From: Candidatus Velthaea sp.
Lineage (GTDB): Bacteria > Vulcanimicrobiota > Vulcanimicrobiia > Vulcanimicrobiales > Vulcanimicrobiaceae
Direction: 5' to 3'
DNA length: 64,000 nt
Assembly: GCA_965214935.1 (NCBI GenBank)
Contig: CBDCCS010000015.1
Location: 1 to 64,000, forward strand
Each line of letters opens with the position of its first letter. The stretch's first letter is position 1. The position numbers and the translations under genes are program-made. A model generated the notes under the pieces. The model made no database searches, had not been told where the DNA came from, and worked only from the letters and a program-made list of their open reading frames with translations. Of the stretch, positions 9,997 through 19,817 are shown in pieces.

Positions 9997-10947
9997 TCAG
10001 TTTGAAGGGTGGCTCGCATTACCGTCACGGTAGCCGCTCTTCAATCCGTTTCCGCCGGCCGGCTGGGCGTCGCGTGGTTTCGGCGCCATGCCGGTGCCGA
10101 ACAACCGCGGATCGCCGGGGGCGTACAGCGGTTCTGGTCCAAGCGGTGCCGGCTGGTCGAGATATTCGAACGCCGCCCCGGTACCATCGGGAGCCGTTCC
10201 GATTGCCCACTCGCCCTTGACGGCATCGGTACCGTTCGAGAGACCCCAGAACTGATATGCGTATTTTTCCTTGCCCTCGAAATGTCCAACCTCAACCGGA
10301 ACGACGACGCCCGGTTCTTCGGCTTTCTCAAGCTCTTTGACCGCGGCGAGCCAATGCAGTTGATGTTCGTAGTCACGCTCGATCATGAAGGCGAGCGTAT
10401 CTTTTACACCGCGATCGTCGGTCATGTTATAAACCCGGCACGCTTGCAATCGGCCATGCGATTCTTTCGCCAAATTGTCGCGGAAATCGGCCAGCAAATT
10501 ACCGCTGGCAACGACGAAGGCACCGCTCCACGGCGCTCCGGACGAGTCCGTCAGACGCGGACCGCCGCCGGCAGCGATTGCCATCGCCGGCATCATTGAA
10601 GCAAGTTCGAGTGTCGCCTCGCTTGAGTTTTTACCACCCATGATTGCGCCGACGAGAGGATTGCTGCGCACCATCGCTTCTTTATCTTGCAGCGGCGCCT
10701 TATCCATGAGCTGCGTTATGAGCGTGCTCAACATCTCGACATGTCCGATTTCCTCGGTGCCGATCTCGAGCAGCATGTCGCGATACTTCTGCGCGCCTTT
10801 ACAGGTGAAGCCTTGCATCAAGTACTGCATCATAACGGAAACTTCGCCGTAATGGCCGCCGAGCAGTTCCTGGCAAAGGACCGCGAGGTGCGCGTCGGGG
10901 CTTTCCGGCGGGGTGTAATATTGTAGCCGCTTGTCGTGCCGAAACAT
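9997..10947 (-). CDS. Manganese catalase family protein
   Basis: QELLGGHYGE, IGTEEIGHVEM, SGNLLADF and RDYEHQ motifs; AGGAGG RBS before MFRHDK. Confidence 0.93.
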   Translation of the reverse strand: MFRHDKRLQYYTPPESPDAHLAVLCQELLGGHYGEVSVMMQYLMQGFTCKGAQKYRDMLLEIGTEEIGHVEMLSTLITQLMDKAPLQDKEAMVRSNPLVGAIMGGKNSSEATLELASMMPAMAIAAGGGPRLTDSSGAPWSGAFVVASGNLLADFRDNLAKESHGRLQACRVYNMTDDRGVKDTLAFMIERDYEHQLHWLAAVKELEKAEEPGVVVPVEVGHFEGKEKYAYQFWGLSNGTDAVKGEWAIGTAPDGTGAAFEYLDQPAPLGPEPLYAPGDPRLFGTGMAPKPRDAQPAGGNGLKSGYRDGNASHPSN

Positions 10948-10982
10948 CGTTCCTCCTGAAGTGCGCATTGCGCACCTCCCGG

Positions 10983-11007
10983 ATGCCCAGCATGCAGCGA
11001 GGTAAGC
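10983..11007 (-). promoter_or_regulatory. Degenerate SigB/SigF-type promoter for the Mn catalase
   Basis: Minus strand reads GCTT-N15-GGGCAT; followed by the inverted repeat GTGCGCA-N-TGCGCAC at 10961-10975. Confidence 0.4.
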
Positions 11008-11048
11008 ACAGTCGGTCCAAGGGCGATTGAGCGAGCAGTTTCAGCCGG

Positions 11049-12467
11049 TTAGCGCACCGCGCCGGCGAGCAAATCAATCAACTCGGGCGCTTCGGGTCCC
11101 TCGGCAACGGCGCTGCCCGGATCGGTGTAGCGGGCTGCGCGGCGCAGCGGTCGACCTTTGACTCCCCACACAAACGCCGACTCGACCCGGACGTCGACCC
11201 ACGGTTGCGCGGTGCCGGCCGTCGCCTCGACCGCCGGAAAAATCACGCTGACGTTGTCGGTCGTTTTCGCGCTGAGCATTGCGGCGTTTTTGCGCGATCG
11301 GCCCGTGATGAGAGCGCGCACCGTGGTCCCGATCTTTCGATCGTGATACGCGCGGCATGCCGCATCTTGCGCGGCGGCCAAACGTTTGAGCCGCGCGTGC
11401 CCGACGGCCGCATCGATGTGCGGCCAGTGCGAAGCGGGCGTTCCGCGGCGCGGCGAATACACGAACGTGTAGGATTGCGCGAACATTCCGGTTTGCGCAA
11501 GCGCAAGCGTCTGCTCGAAATCGGCTTCCGTTTCGCCCGGGAAACCGACGATCATATCCGTTGTAATCGCCCAACCCGGGTTGACGGCCAGAAACATCTG
11601 CACGCGTTCGAGATAGTCTTCGATCGTATATTTACGGTTCATGCGGCGCAACACCGTATTCGAAGCCGACTGAACGGCCAAATGAAAGCGCGGGTTCATC
11701 TGCGGGATCGCCGCTAGCGTGCGCGCGAGCTTTTCATTGAGATTGTTGGGATGCGAGGTGACGAACGACAGCCGCTCGAGTCCCGGCAGAGCAGCGACCA
11801 TCTCGCATAAGTCGGCAAAGTCCGCGCCCGTCGACGGCTCCTTGTAGGCATTGACGGTCTGCCCGACAAGCGTTATCTCGCGCGCACCCGACGCTAATTT
11901 AACGCGCGTTTCAGCGAGAATCTGGCTGAGCGGACGGTGATCGAAGCGCCCGCGCACGTGCGGCACGATACAAAACGTACAGTAATACGAACAGCCTCGC
12001 TGCACGTTGACGAATGCGCGGAGAAAGTCGTACGGACCGCTGACGCCCGCTCCATTGCCGCCGATCGGTGTTTGCAGTTCGCGCGAAAGCGTGACATCGT
12101 CGTCGCCGAATAAATGCCGCCAGGCATCGAGCTGGTCGCCTAATCCTTTGAGTTCCTTGGTGCCGAAGACCGCATCGATATGCGGTACGACCGATCGCAT
12201 GCGCTCGCGATCTTGCTCCGCTAGGCAACCGGCGACAACGATCTTAACGGTCGCATCGACGGCTTTAATCGCTTTCCACTGACCGATGCGGCCGTACGCA
12301 CGGGTTTCGGCATTGTCGCGCACCGTACACGTGTTGAGCAGCAACACCGAAGCATCTTCGGGCTTTATTGCAATCGTGTAGCCGGCGCTGGCAGCACGTC
12401 GCGCGATGTACTGCGAGTCGGCCTCATTCATCTGACAACCGTGCGTTTCAATGTAGATGCTGGCCAC
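11049..12467 (-). CDS. miaB: tRNA-2-methylthio-N6-dimethylallyladenosine synthase
   Basis: GCQMNEADS, NTCTVR, GCLA and GCSYYCTFCIVP motifs; C-terminal TRAM domain. Confidence 0.96.
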   Translation of the reverse strand: MASIYIETHGCQMNEADSQYIARRAASAGYTIAIKPEDASVLLLNTCTVRDNAETRAYGRIGQWKAIKAVDATVKIVVAGCLAEQDRERMRSVVPHIDAVFGTKELKGLGDQLDAWRHLFGDDDVTLSRELQTPIGGNGAGVSGPYDFLRAFVNVQRGCSYYCTFCIVPHVRGRFDHRPLSQILAETRVKLASGAREITLVGQTVNAYKEPSTGADFADLCEMVAALPGLERLSFVTSHPNNLNEKLARTLAAIPQMNPRFHLAVQSASNTVLRRMNRKYTIEDYLERVQMFLAVNPGWAITTDMIVGFPGETEADFEQTLALAQTGMFAQSYTFVYSPRRGTPASHWPHIDAAVGHARLKRLAAAQDAACRAYHDRKIGTTVRALITGRSRKNAAMLSAKTTDNVSVIFPAVEATAGTAQPWVDVRVESAFVWGVKGRPLRRAARYTDPGSAVAEGPEAPELIDLLAGAVR

Positions 12468-12469
12468 GT

Positions 12470-13207
12470 TTATTTCTCTTTCTGATCCGCGGTGAGCTGC
12501 TTGAGCAGTTCGAGCGGGAGGTACAAGCCCGTGCCGATCATGGTCGGAGCGGCATCGTAATTAACGGTGCGACCGTCATAGTGATATTGGGTGGCGCCGA
12601 GCATCGCATCGATTTGGTGATGCGCGTATTTGATCGTCACGCGCGGACCGTCAATTCGGAACGCCTCGGGCGGAAGATAATCGGCAGCCGGTGCCACGAC
12701 CGCGGAATGTGGTGTTTCTTCGACGGTGCGCAGAATGACGTCGGTGTGCATGTCGGGATAGATGGTCACCGTGCGTGTCACCTTGCCGCTCGCTGTTTGC
12801 GCGACAAGGGTATGGATGCCGCTCGGCACGCTGTACGCGCCCAGTTTATCGGGCCCGAGCACGGTACCGTCGAAGAGCACCGAACGCACCCCGGAGCCGC
12901 GCAAGGTAAAGAAACCGTCTCCGCCGCGCGTAGCTGCACTGGTTCTGGTGAGTGCAATGGACGCAAGCGACGTCGTTCCGGCGACGACGCTCACATTGAG
13001 GTCCTGCGTGTTCCACCCGGTTCGCGTGAGGCTCAGCGTATGCTGTCCGGTCGTCAAGGCATCGACAACCACGGGGCTCTGTCCGATGTACGTCCCGTCG
13101 AACCAGACATCGGCGCTCGTCGGCAGGGTCGTTACATACACGGCACCGGTCGGAACGGCACCCAGGAGACAGACGCAGGCGACGAGCAGTGCCGAACGCG
13201 GGAACAT
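12470..13207 (-). CDS. Secreted PEGA-domain protein with a C-terminal copper-amine-oxidase-N-like segment
   Basis: Signal peptide; VTTLPTSADVWFDGTYIGQSP (PEGA); C-terminal DAAPTMIGTGLYLPLELL. Start codon uncertain. Confidence 0.75.
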   Translation of the reverse strand: MFPRSALLVACVCLLGAVPTGAVYVTTLPTSADVWFDGTYIGQSPVVVDALTTGQHTLSLTRTGWNTQDLNVSVVAGTTSLASIALTRTSAATRGGDGFFTLRGSGVRSVLFDGTVLGPDKLGAYSVPSGIHTLVAQTASGKVTRTVTIYPDMHTDVILRTVEETPHSAVVAPAADYLPPEAFRIDGPRVTIKYAHHQIDAMLGATQYHYDGRTVNYDAAPTMIGTGLYLPLELLKQLTADQKEK

Positions 13208-13244
13208 GTCGACCCGGACCGTTCGCCGAAGCCAAGCAATCACC

Positions 13245-14699
13245 ATGTCCGACTCAACCTTCGACGACAGCGCGGTGACCTTTGACGACATCGCGCTGGG
13301 CGACGAGCTCGACCTCGTTGCGCTCGAAGGATTTGAGGGCGGAGCGTCCCTCCGCGTGCGCCCGGCAACCGTGGCAATCGTCGGACGCCCGAACGTCGGC
13401 AAAAGCGCGCTGTTCAACCGTTTGATCGGGCAGCGGCTGGCGATCGTCGAGGATACACCCGGGGTCACTCGCGACCGTCTTTACGCACTGGGCGATTGGC
13501 GCGGTCGCAATTTTACGTTTGTCGATACCGGCGGCATCGACACCGATCAAGACCCCACGGACGTCATCGCAACCGGGACGCGCGCCCAAGCGGAACTTGC
13601 CGCGCGCGATGCCGACGTCGTCGTGTTCGTCGTCGATGCGCTAGCGGGTTTGACGCCGCTTGATACCGACGTCGCCGACATCCTCAGGCGCAACAAGCGG
13701 TCGGTCATTTTAGTCGCGAACAAAGCCGAATCCCCGAAAGCGCAAATGTCGATTTACGGAGAATTTTCGGCCCTCGGCTTCGGTGAACCGGTCGCTGTTT
13801 CGGCCATTCACGGCGAAGGTACCGGCGATTTACTCGATGAGATCGTCGAGCGGCTGCCGGCCGAAACGACCGGAAGCGAAGCGACGGGCGAACTTTCGAT
13901 CGCGCTCATCGGGCAGCCGAATGTCGGCAAAAGCTCGTTGCTCAACGCGTTGCTCAATGAAGAACGCGCGATCGTTTCCGACGTTCCGGGAACGACGCGC
14001 GATGCAATCGACACGATTTTCCAATTCCACGAACATCGCATTCGCCTCATCGATACCGCCGGTGTGCGGCGCAAAGCCACCAAACACGGACCCATCGAGT
14101 ACTACAGTTCGCTGCGTTCGCTTAAAGCGATCGCGCGCTGCGATATCGCCGTGTTGCTGATCGATTCGATGCAAGGTCCGCTCAACGCCGATCGCCGCTT
14201 AGCCGGCATTGCACTCGAAGAGCGCAAGGGGCTCATCATCGTCGGCAACAAGTGGGATCTCGTGCGCGAGCAGGGTGAATATTCGCAAGGCGAGCTCATT
14301 CGAGAGATCCATGCGCTCGTTCCATTTGCAGCGTTTGCGCCGGTAACGTTTTTAAGCGCGCTTACCAAGCGCAAACTCGGAAATCTCATGCCGCTGATCA
14401 TGAAGGTCTCGGCGAATCTCGACCGGCGCATCGCCACGGCAAAACTCAACGCGGTCGTACGCGACGCCGTCTTGGCGCATCCGCCGCCGATGGCGGCGGG
14501 CCGGCTGCTGAAGATTTATTATTGCGCGCAAGTCGCCGCACATCCGCCGCTCTTCGTCTTCCATTGCAACGAACCGGACGGTTTCGGCTCGTCATACAAG
14601 CGGTTTCTCGAAAACGTACTGCGCTCGAATTTTGACTTCGAGGGCGTACCGCTATCGTTAGAGTTTCGGGAACGCACGCGAGTCGAGATTACAACGTGA
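13245..14699 (+). CDS. der: Ribosome biogenesis GTPase Der
   Basis: Two G-domains (GRPNVGKS, GQPNVGKS; DTGG, DTAG) and a KH-like C-terminus; acidic N-terminal extension. Confidence 0.97.
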   Translation: MSDSTFDDSAVTFDDIALGDELDLVALEGFEGGASLRVRPATVAIVGRPNVGKSALFNRLIGQRLAIVEDTPGVTRDRLYALGDWRGRNFTFVDTGGIDTDQDPTDVIATGTRAQAELAARDADVVVFVVDALAGLTPLDTDVADILRRNKRSVILVANKAESPKAQMSIYGEFSALGFGEPVAVSAIHGEGTGDLLDEIVERLPAETTGSEATGELSIALIGQPNVGKSSLLNALLNEERAIVSDVPGTTRDAIDTIFQFHEHRIRLIDTAGVRRKATKHGPIEYYSSLRSLKAIARCDIAVLLIDSMQGPLNADRRLAGIALEERKGLIIVGNKWDLVREQGEYSQGELIREIHALVPFAAFAPVTFLSALTKRKLGNLMPLIMKVSANLDRRIATAKLNAVVRDAVLAHPPPMAAGRLLKIYYCAQVAAHPPLFVFHCNEPDGFGSSYKRFLENVLRSNFDFEGVPLSLEFRERTRVEITT

Positions 14700-15412
14700 A
14701 CGTCTACGCCGTTGCAGCGCTTGCAATACTCGCTGGTTTCTGGATTGGTGCAATACCGTTCGGCGTGGTTGTCGGGCACGTATTTTATCGGCGAGACATA
14801 CGCGCCGAAGGCAGCGGCAACATCGGCGCAGCCAACGCTCTGCGGACGCTCGGCAAGAAAGGTGCGGCGCTCGTACTCATCCTCGACGCGCTCAAAGGCG
14901 CGCTTCCTGTCGCGGCAGTGACCTTCGCAGGCGCTCCGACCGCGATTGCTGCATGCGCGGGTGGCGCGGCCGTCCTGGGGCACTGCTTCTCGCCGTTCCT
15001 CAAAGGTCGCGGCGGCAAGGGCGTAGCGACGAGTTACGGGGCAATTTGGGCCTTGGCCTGGCCGGCAGCTGCGGCGTTCACGCTGGTTTGGATCGCAACG
15101 GTCATTGCCATCGGTTACGCGTCGGTTGCCTCGATGCTCGCCAGTGCCGTCATGCCGTTTGCTTTGTGGTTCATGCTCGGGCGCGTCGGGCTCGTCTATG
15201 GTATCGTTTCGGCGATCTTCATCATCTACAAGCATCGTGAAAACATTGCACGTCTGCGCGCGGGTACGGAGAACGCGCTGTCGTTGCGCCGGTCGCCGAA
15301 GCCGGCGGTCAAAGCACCCCAAAAATCGCCGCGGCGCGTTCCGACTCCGCGAGCAGGTGCAATGTTAATTTCATCTTCGATCCGCTACTGGGTCGCAAAA
15401 CTCAAAACCTAA
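14696..15412 (+). CDS. plsY: Glycerol-3-phosphate acyltransferase
   Basis: GSGNIGAAN, DALKG, GHCFS..GGKGVAT and HRENIARL motifs; GTGA overlap with der. Confidence 0.96.
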   Translation: MNVYAVAALAILAGFWIGAIPFGVVVGHVFYRRDIRAEGSGNIGAANALRTLGKKGAALVLILDALKGALPVAAVTFAGAPTAIAACAGGAAVLGHCFSPFLKGRGGKGVATSYGAIWALAWPAAAAFTLVWIATVIAIGYASVASMLASAVMPFALWFMLGRVGLVYGIVSAIFIIYKHRENIARLRAGTENALSLRRSPKPAVKAPQKSPRRVPTPRAGAMLISSSIRYWVAKLKT

Positions 15413-15533
15413 CGTCGCTTCGTTCGCGCGCGGCGGTCGACGACACCGGCCGCATTCGAGAGTTGCCGGCGCTTCCGACGATCGGGCAGCATTGAAAGAC
15501 TGGCCGTTCGCGGTGCCGTAAAGCGCACGAAGC

Positions 15534-16097
15534 ATGATATCGTCGAATGATTTTAGGAACGGCGTCACGATCGTCATTGACGGTCACTTATGGACGGTCA
15601 TTGAATTTCTGCACGTAAAACCAGGCAAGGGCTCGGCATTCGTCCGAACGCGTCTCAAGAATGTAAAAACCGGCGCGTCCGTCGAGCGCACGTTCCGCGC
15701 CGGCGAGAAGCTCGAGCGGGCGACGGTCGACAATCGCGACATGGCGATGCTTTACAATGACGACGACGGCTATCACTTTATGGATAGCGAGTCGTATGAG
15801 AACTTCACGTTGCAAAAAGAAATTATCGGCGATCCGGCCGACTTTCTCAAAGACGGGATGCGGATTGCCGTTCAGTTTCACGACGGCGTTCCGATCGGCG
15901 CCGACTTGCCGGCCCATGTTGAACTGCGCGTCGAAGAGACGGACCCCGGCTTTAAAGGCGATACGGCGACCGGCACGACGAAACCGGCGAAGTTGGAAAC
16001 CGGCGCCAGCGTACAGGTTCCGTTATTCGTCAACCCCGGCGATGTGATTAAAATCGACACGCGCGACCGGCGCTACATCGGGCGCGTTCAGAGCTAA
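15534..16097 (+). CDS. efp: Elongation factor P
   Basis: HVKPGKGSAFVR, TDPGFKGDTA and KIDTR motifs. Confidence 0.98.
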   Translation: MISSNDFRNGVTIVIDGHLWTVIEFLHVKPGKGSAFVRTRLKNVKTGASVERTFRAGEKLERATVDNRDMAMLYNDDDGYHFMDSESYENFTLQKEIIGDPADFLKDGMRIAVQFHDGVPIGADLPAHVELRVEETDPGFKGDTATGTTKPAKLETGASVQVPLFVNPGDVIKIDTRDRRYIGRVQS

Positions 16098-16864
16098 CAA
16101 CGCAGCCGTTCGTCTTCGCCGAACTCTTCGCTATCGGCATAGCGGCGAGTATTTTCGGCTCGCTCGTCGGCCTCGGCGGCGGCTTCATCATCGTTCCGGT
16201 TTTGCGTCTGTTGCTCGACATCTCACCGACGACGGTGGCCGGAACGTCGCTCGTTTTTGTTTTAGCGAACGTTGCTTCGTCGGCGATCGGCTACATTCGG
16301 CAAAAGCGCGTCGATCTATCGCTGGCGACGCCGCTTGCAATCGGCGCGGTGCCGGGCAGCATCGCGGGCGTTTTCGCCGTCCGGCACGCGAACGGCATCT
16401 GGTTCGATGTGTCGTACGGCGCAATGCTTTTCGCGTTGGCAATTCTCGTCATGCGACGGCGAGCGGCGGAGTCGCGGCCGGCCGGCGAAAAGACATTCGC
16501 GCATCGATATATTGTCGCCGTGCCGGCCGGGGTCGTCTTAGGGCTGCTATCGAGTTTATTTGGTATCGGCGGCGGCGTCGTGCTCATTCCGTTGCTGTTG
16601 ATCGGTGCTCGCATGCCGCCGCACATCGTAACGGCGACGAGCGCGTTCATCATCGCGCTGACGTCACCGGTCGGCGTCATCACACACGCGCTCGGCGGCG
16701 ATGTCGACTGGATCGCCGCAATCCCGCTGATCGGCGGCGGATTCATCGGTGGAGCGATCGCACCGCGCATTTCCGCACGCGTCTCGTCGCCGCGGCTCAT
16801 AACTCTGCTCGCAATAGCGCTCATCGGAGCGGCGGGTGGACTGGCGCTGCGCCACTTTATTTAA
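16094..16864 (+). CDS. Sulfite exporter TauE/SafE (TSUP) family protein; non-canonical start
   Basis: Two GxGGG repeats (GSLVGLGGG, SSLFGIGGG). The first repeat and its TM helix lie upstream of the first canonical start (TTG 16202), in an open frame that includes CTA 16094. Confidence 0.88.
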   Translation, partial: LTTQPFVFAELFAIGIAASIFGSLVGLGGGFIIVPVLRLLLDISPTTVAGTSLVFVLANVASSAIGYIRQKRVDLSLATPLAIGAVPGSIAGVFAVRHANGIWFDVSYGAMLFALAILVMRRRAAESRPAGEKTFAHRYIVAVPAGVVLGLLSSLFGIGGGVVLIPLLLIGARMPPHIVTATSAFIIALTSPVGVITHALGGDVDWIAAIPLIGGGFIGGAIAPRISARVSSPRLITLLAIALIGAAGGLALRHFI

Positions 16865-16882
16865 CGTGCGCCGGCCGATCGT

Positions 16883-17395
16883 TCAGCGTCGCGAGCGCGA
16901 CGCGGCGGTTGCCGGCTCGACTTCACGCATCTCCACGACCTCGAACACGACGAGCGACCGGCGACAGCGCGCGCACATGATGTTGGCCGGCGGCCGGCGC
17001 TTGCGCAGAACTTCCATCGTGCACTGCTCGCAGCGCAGAATATAACGCTTGGTGCTTTCGTTGAGGGGGCGCGCCGTTCCCAAATCGTGATAGATCGACC
17101 GTAGCCCGAGTTCGCGCATTTTTTGCTTGAAGGCCGCCGTGTGCCCGGGGTTCAGGCCGCGCGCATGCAGCCAGGCGTGAATCATCTCGTGCAGCAGCGT
17201 CGACCGCAATTCGTCGGGCTTGCCGTGCAGGTGCTTGGGCGATAATTCGATCGTCGGCGGTTTATAGGTGATGCGTCCGGCGACATTCGAGAAGCGCGCG
17301 TTATACGCGATTCGGTATGTCGGAATCTCACCATCGAAGTGCGTGTAATTCAACTGCGCGAATAACACTTGCAACTCGGCAACGTCGGGTAGCAT
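16883..17395 (-). CDS. SprT-like Zn metalloprotease
   Basis: LLHEMIH, H..AFK and a C-terminal CxxC...CxxC zinc ribbon. Confidence 0.9.
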   Translation of the reverse strand: MLPDVAELQVLFAQLNYTHFDGEIPTYRIAYNARFSNVAGRITYKPPTIELSPKHLHGKPDELRSTLLHEMIHAWLHARGLNPGHTAAFKQKMRELGLRSIYHDLGTARPLNESTKRYILRCEQCTMEVLRKRRPPANIMCARCRRSLVVFEVVEMREVEPATAASRSRR

Positions 17396-17484
17396 GAGCG
17401 CATCATTCGACGCCTCGCGGCGCAATCTCCGGTCCCCCTCGCGCCACGGCAAGAACCGCCGGGATGAGGGCGTAGTTGTACGAG

Positions 17485-18189
17485 GTGGGTTTACCGCCGA
17501 AAGTCGTCATCCCGATCGTTGCTTTTTTCGCGGTCGTTTTCTTAGGCATCATGGCCTACTTTTTGCGCATCGGCTTCGGGACGACCGGAGCGGCGTTCGG
17601 CCCGCAAGCACAGGCGCAGCACGAACAAGGCGACGCGCGCATCGCTGCGACTCCGGTCCCGGAAACGGCGCCGACCGATCCGCCCGGAACCGTCGACATT
17701 CCGCAGACCGGCACCGGGCGCGGCTCGAACAATCCGCAAAACGGCGGCGCGGTTCCCGGCGGCGGCGGACCGCCGGCACCGGTCATGCAAATGCTTACCG
17801 ACCTTAAGAACCGCGTGGCCAAGAACCCGCGCGACATTGCCGCACTCGTTCAACTCGGCAACTTGTATTTCGACGCGCAAAAGTTCGACCAATCGGCAGG
17901 CTATTATAAAAGTGCGCTCGCTCTCGATCCGACGAATCCCGATGTACGCAACGACGAAGCCGCTGCGCTGCATGCAAGCGGACACGATCTCGAGGCACTC
18001 AGCGAGGTCACGCGCGTGATCGCCGAGCGGCCGACGTTTCCTCAAGCGTTATTCAACGAGGGCATCATCCTGCGATCGATGGGACGGCGCAGCGATGCGG
18101 TCGTCGCGTATCGACGCTTCTTGCAAGCCGCACCGCACGATGCGCATGCTGCCGACGCCGGCGCTGCAATTAAAGAACTCGCGCAGTGA
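17485..18189 (+). CDS. Membrane-anchored TPR protein
   Basis: N-terminal TM helix, Pro/Gly-rich linker and 3-4 TPR repeats (ALVQLGNLYFD, ALFNEGIIL). Confidence 0.85.
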   Translation: MGLPPKVVIPIVAFFAVVFLGIMAYFLRIGFGTTGAAFGPQAQAQHEQGDARIAATPVPETAPTDPPGTVDIPQTGTGRGSNNPQNGGAVPGGGGPPAPVMQMLTDLKNRVAKNPRDIAALVQLGNLYFDAQKFDQSAGYYKSALALDPTNPDVRNDEAAALHASGHDLEALSEVTRVIAERPTFPQALFNEGIILRSMGRRSDAVVAYRRFLQAAPHDAHAADAGAAIKELAQ

Positions 18190-19019
18190 AAATCTACGTC
18201 TCGGCCGATATGGAAGGCACGGCCGCCGTCACGTCGTGGACGCAAGTCGACCCCGCGAACGCAACGGAATATCCGTATTATCGCCGCCTCATGTCGCGCG
18301 AAGTGCGCGCCGCGATCGACGGAGCCCGCTCGCTCGGACCAGCCGAGATCCTCGTCAACGATGCGCATAGTTCGATGCGCAACATCTTATGGGACGAACT
18401 GCCGCCCGACGTGCGAATGATCTACGGTAATCGCAAACCTCTGTCGATGAGCGAAGGGATCGAGGCCGGGTTCGATGCGGCGTTCTTCACCGGATACCAC
18501 GCAGGCATCGGCGAGCAGAACGGCGGCCTCGATCATACGTATGCCGATGAAACGCTTTACAACACGCGGGTTAACGGCGTGCGCTGCAACGAGGCCATTC
18601 TCAACGCCGCAGTCGTCGGTACATACGGTGTTCCGGTCGTCCTCGTCACCGGCGATCGCGTCGGCGTCGAGCAAACGCAAGCAACGTTGCCGTGGATTAC
18701 CGGCGTCGTCGTCAAAGATTCGATCGGGCGATTTGCAACGAATTCTATCTCACCGGCGTCGGCCTGCGAACGAATTTTCAGCGGCGCGCAAGTCGCGCTG
18801 CGCCGATTGCCCCAAGCGCGCCCGTTTACGTTTGCCGCGCCGATCGAATTGGAACTCGACTTTGCATTCACGCACAACGCCGATTTTGCCGAGCTCATAC
18901 CGGGTTTCGAGCGGATCGGCGGTCGTACGGTGCGCTACGTTCACAACGATTTTCGCACCGTGTTTCGCGCTTATGTGGCTGCATTTCGGCTCGGCGCGGC
19001 AGCGAATGCAGCGGTCTGA
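18186..19019 (+). CDS. D-aminopeptidase, peptidase M55 (DppA) family
   Basis: SADMEG, NDAH, GYHA, DHTY and VTGD motifs. Confidence 0.93.
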   Translation: MKIYVSADMEGTAAVTSWTQVDPANATEYPYYRRLMSREVRAAIDGARSLGPAEILVNDAHSSMRNILWDELPPDVRMIYGNRKPLSMSEGIEAGFDAAFFTGYHAGIGEQNGGLDHTYADETLYNTRVNGVRCNEAILNAAVVGTYGVPVVLVTGDRVGVEQTQATLPWITGVVVKDSIGRFATNSISPASACERIFSGAQVALRRLPQARPFTFAAPIELELDFAFTHNADFAELIPGFERIGGRTVRYVHNDFRTVFRAYVAAFRLGAAANAAV

Positions 19020-19022
19020 GGG

Positions 19023-19817
19023 GTGACGCTCGTCGGTTTTCAAGGCGAACCCGGGGCGTTTAGCGATGAAGCTGCGCGGCAACTCGTCGACGGCACGGAG
19101 ACGCAAGGTTACCGCACGTTTGAGGACCTCGTTGCGGCGGTCGATCGTGCTGCCGTAGATTACGCGCTGCTCCCGGTAGAAAATTCAATTTACGGCGCAA
19201 TCGCTCGAGCGTACGATCTGTTGTGGGATTATAGGGCGTTGACCATCGTCGATGAAATCGTCTTCCCGGTCGTTCAAAATCTGATCGGTACGACAACAGC
19301 GACGCTCGGCGGCATCCGCGAAGTCCGCTCGCATCCCGTTGCTCTCGAACAAGTGCGGCGGCTCTTCGAGAGCAACCCGCAGTGGCGCCGCATCGTCGTC
19401 GACGATACGGCGGCGGCCGTCGCGCAGGTCGTCGCGGGGAACGACCCCGCCATCGCGGCGATCGCCTCCGCATTCGCCGCCGAACGCTACGGCGCCCGAA
19501 TCTTGCGCGCGGCCGTCCAGGACGATGACGACAACTACACGCGTTTCTACTTGTTGCAGCGTGACGGAACCGCGCGACGCCTGTTGGGCCGGGCCTGCGT
19601 TGCGCTCGAACTTCCGAATACCCCGGGCAGTCTGCGCGATGCTCTATCCTCGTTTTCGGATCGCGCGATCAACTTGCGTTCGCTCGTCTCGCGCCCGAGC
19701 CGCGCAAGCGCTTTCAATTACCGTTTTTATTGCGAGATCGACCGCGTCGACACCGAGCGTTTGCACGCCGCCTTAGGTGCAATCGTCGGCGACACGCGCA
19801 TTTTCGGCGTATACTAG
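19023..19817 (+). CDS. pheA: Prephenate dehydratase
   Basis: QGEPGAFS, LPVENS, SHPVALEQ and NYTRF motifs; ACT domain. Confidence 0.93.
   Translation: MTLVGFQGEPGAFSDEAARQLVDGTETQGYRTFEDLVAAVDRAAVDYALLPVENSIYGAIARAYDLLWDYRALTIVDEIVFPVVQNLIGTTTATLGGIREVRSHPVALEQVRRLFESNPQWRRIVVDDTAAAVAQVVAGNDPAIAAIASAFAAERYGARILRAAVQDDDDNYTRFYLLQRDGTARRLLGRACVALELPNTPGSLRDALSSFSDRAINLRSLVSRPSRASAFNYRFYCEIDRVDTERLHAALGAIVGDTRIFGVY

Noticed and set aside
12762..13244. Long N-terminal extension of Der in the ORF track (likewise the extensions at 23143, 38974, 55352 and 56572)
   Set aside because: These are open frames overlapping neighbouring genes, as expected in GC-rich DNA; recognisable homology starts later.
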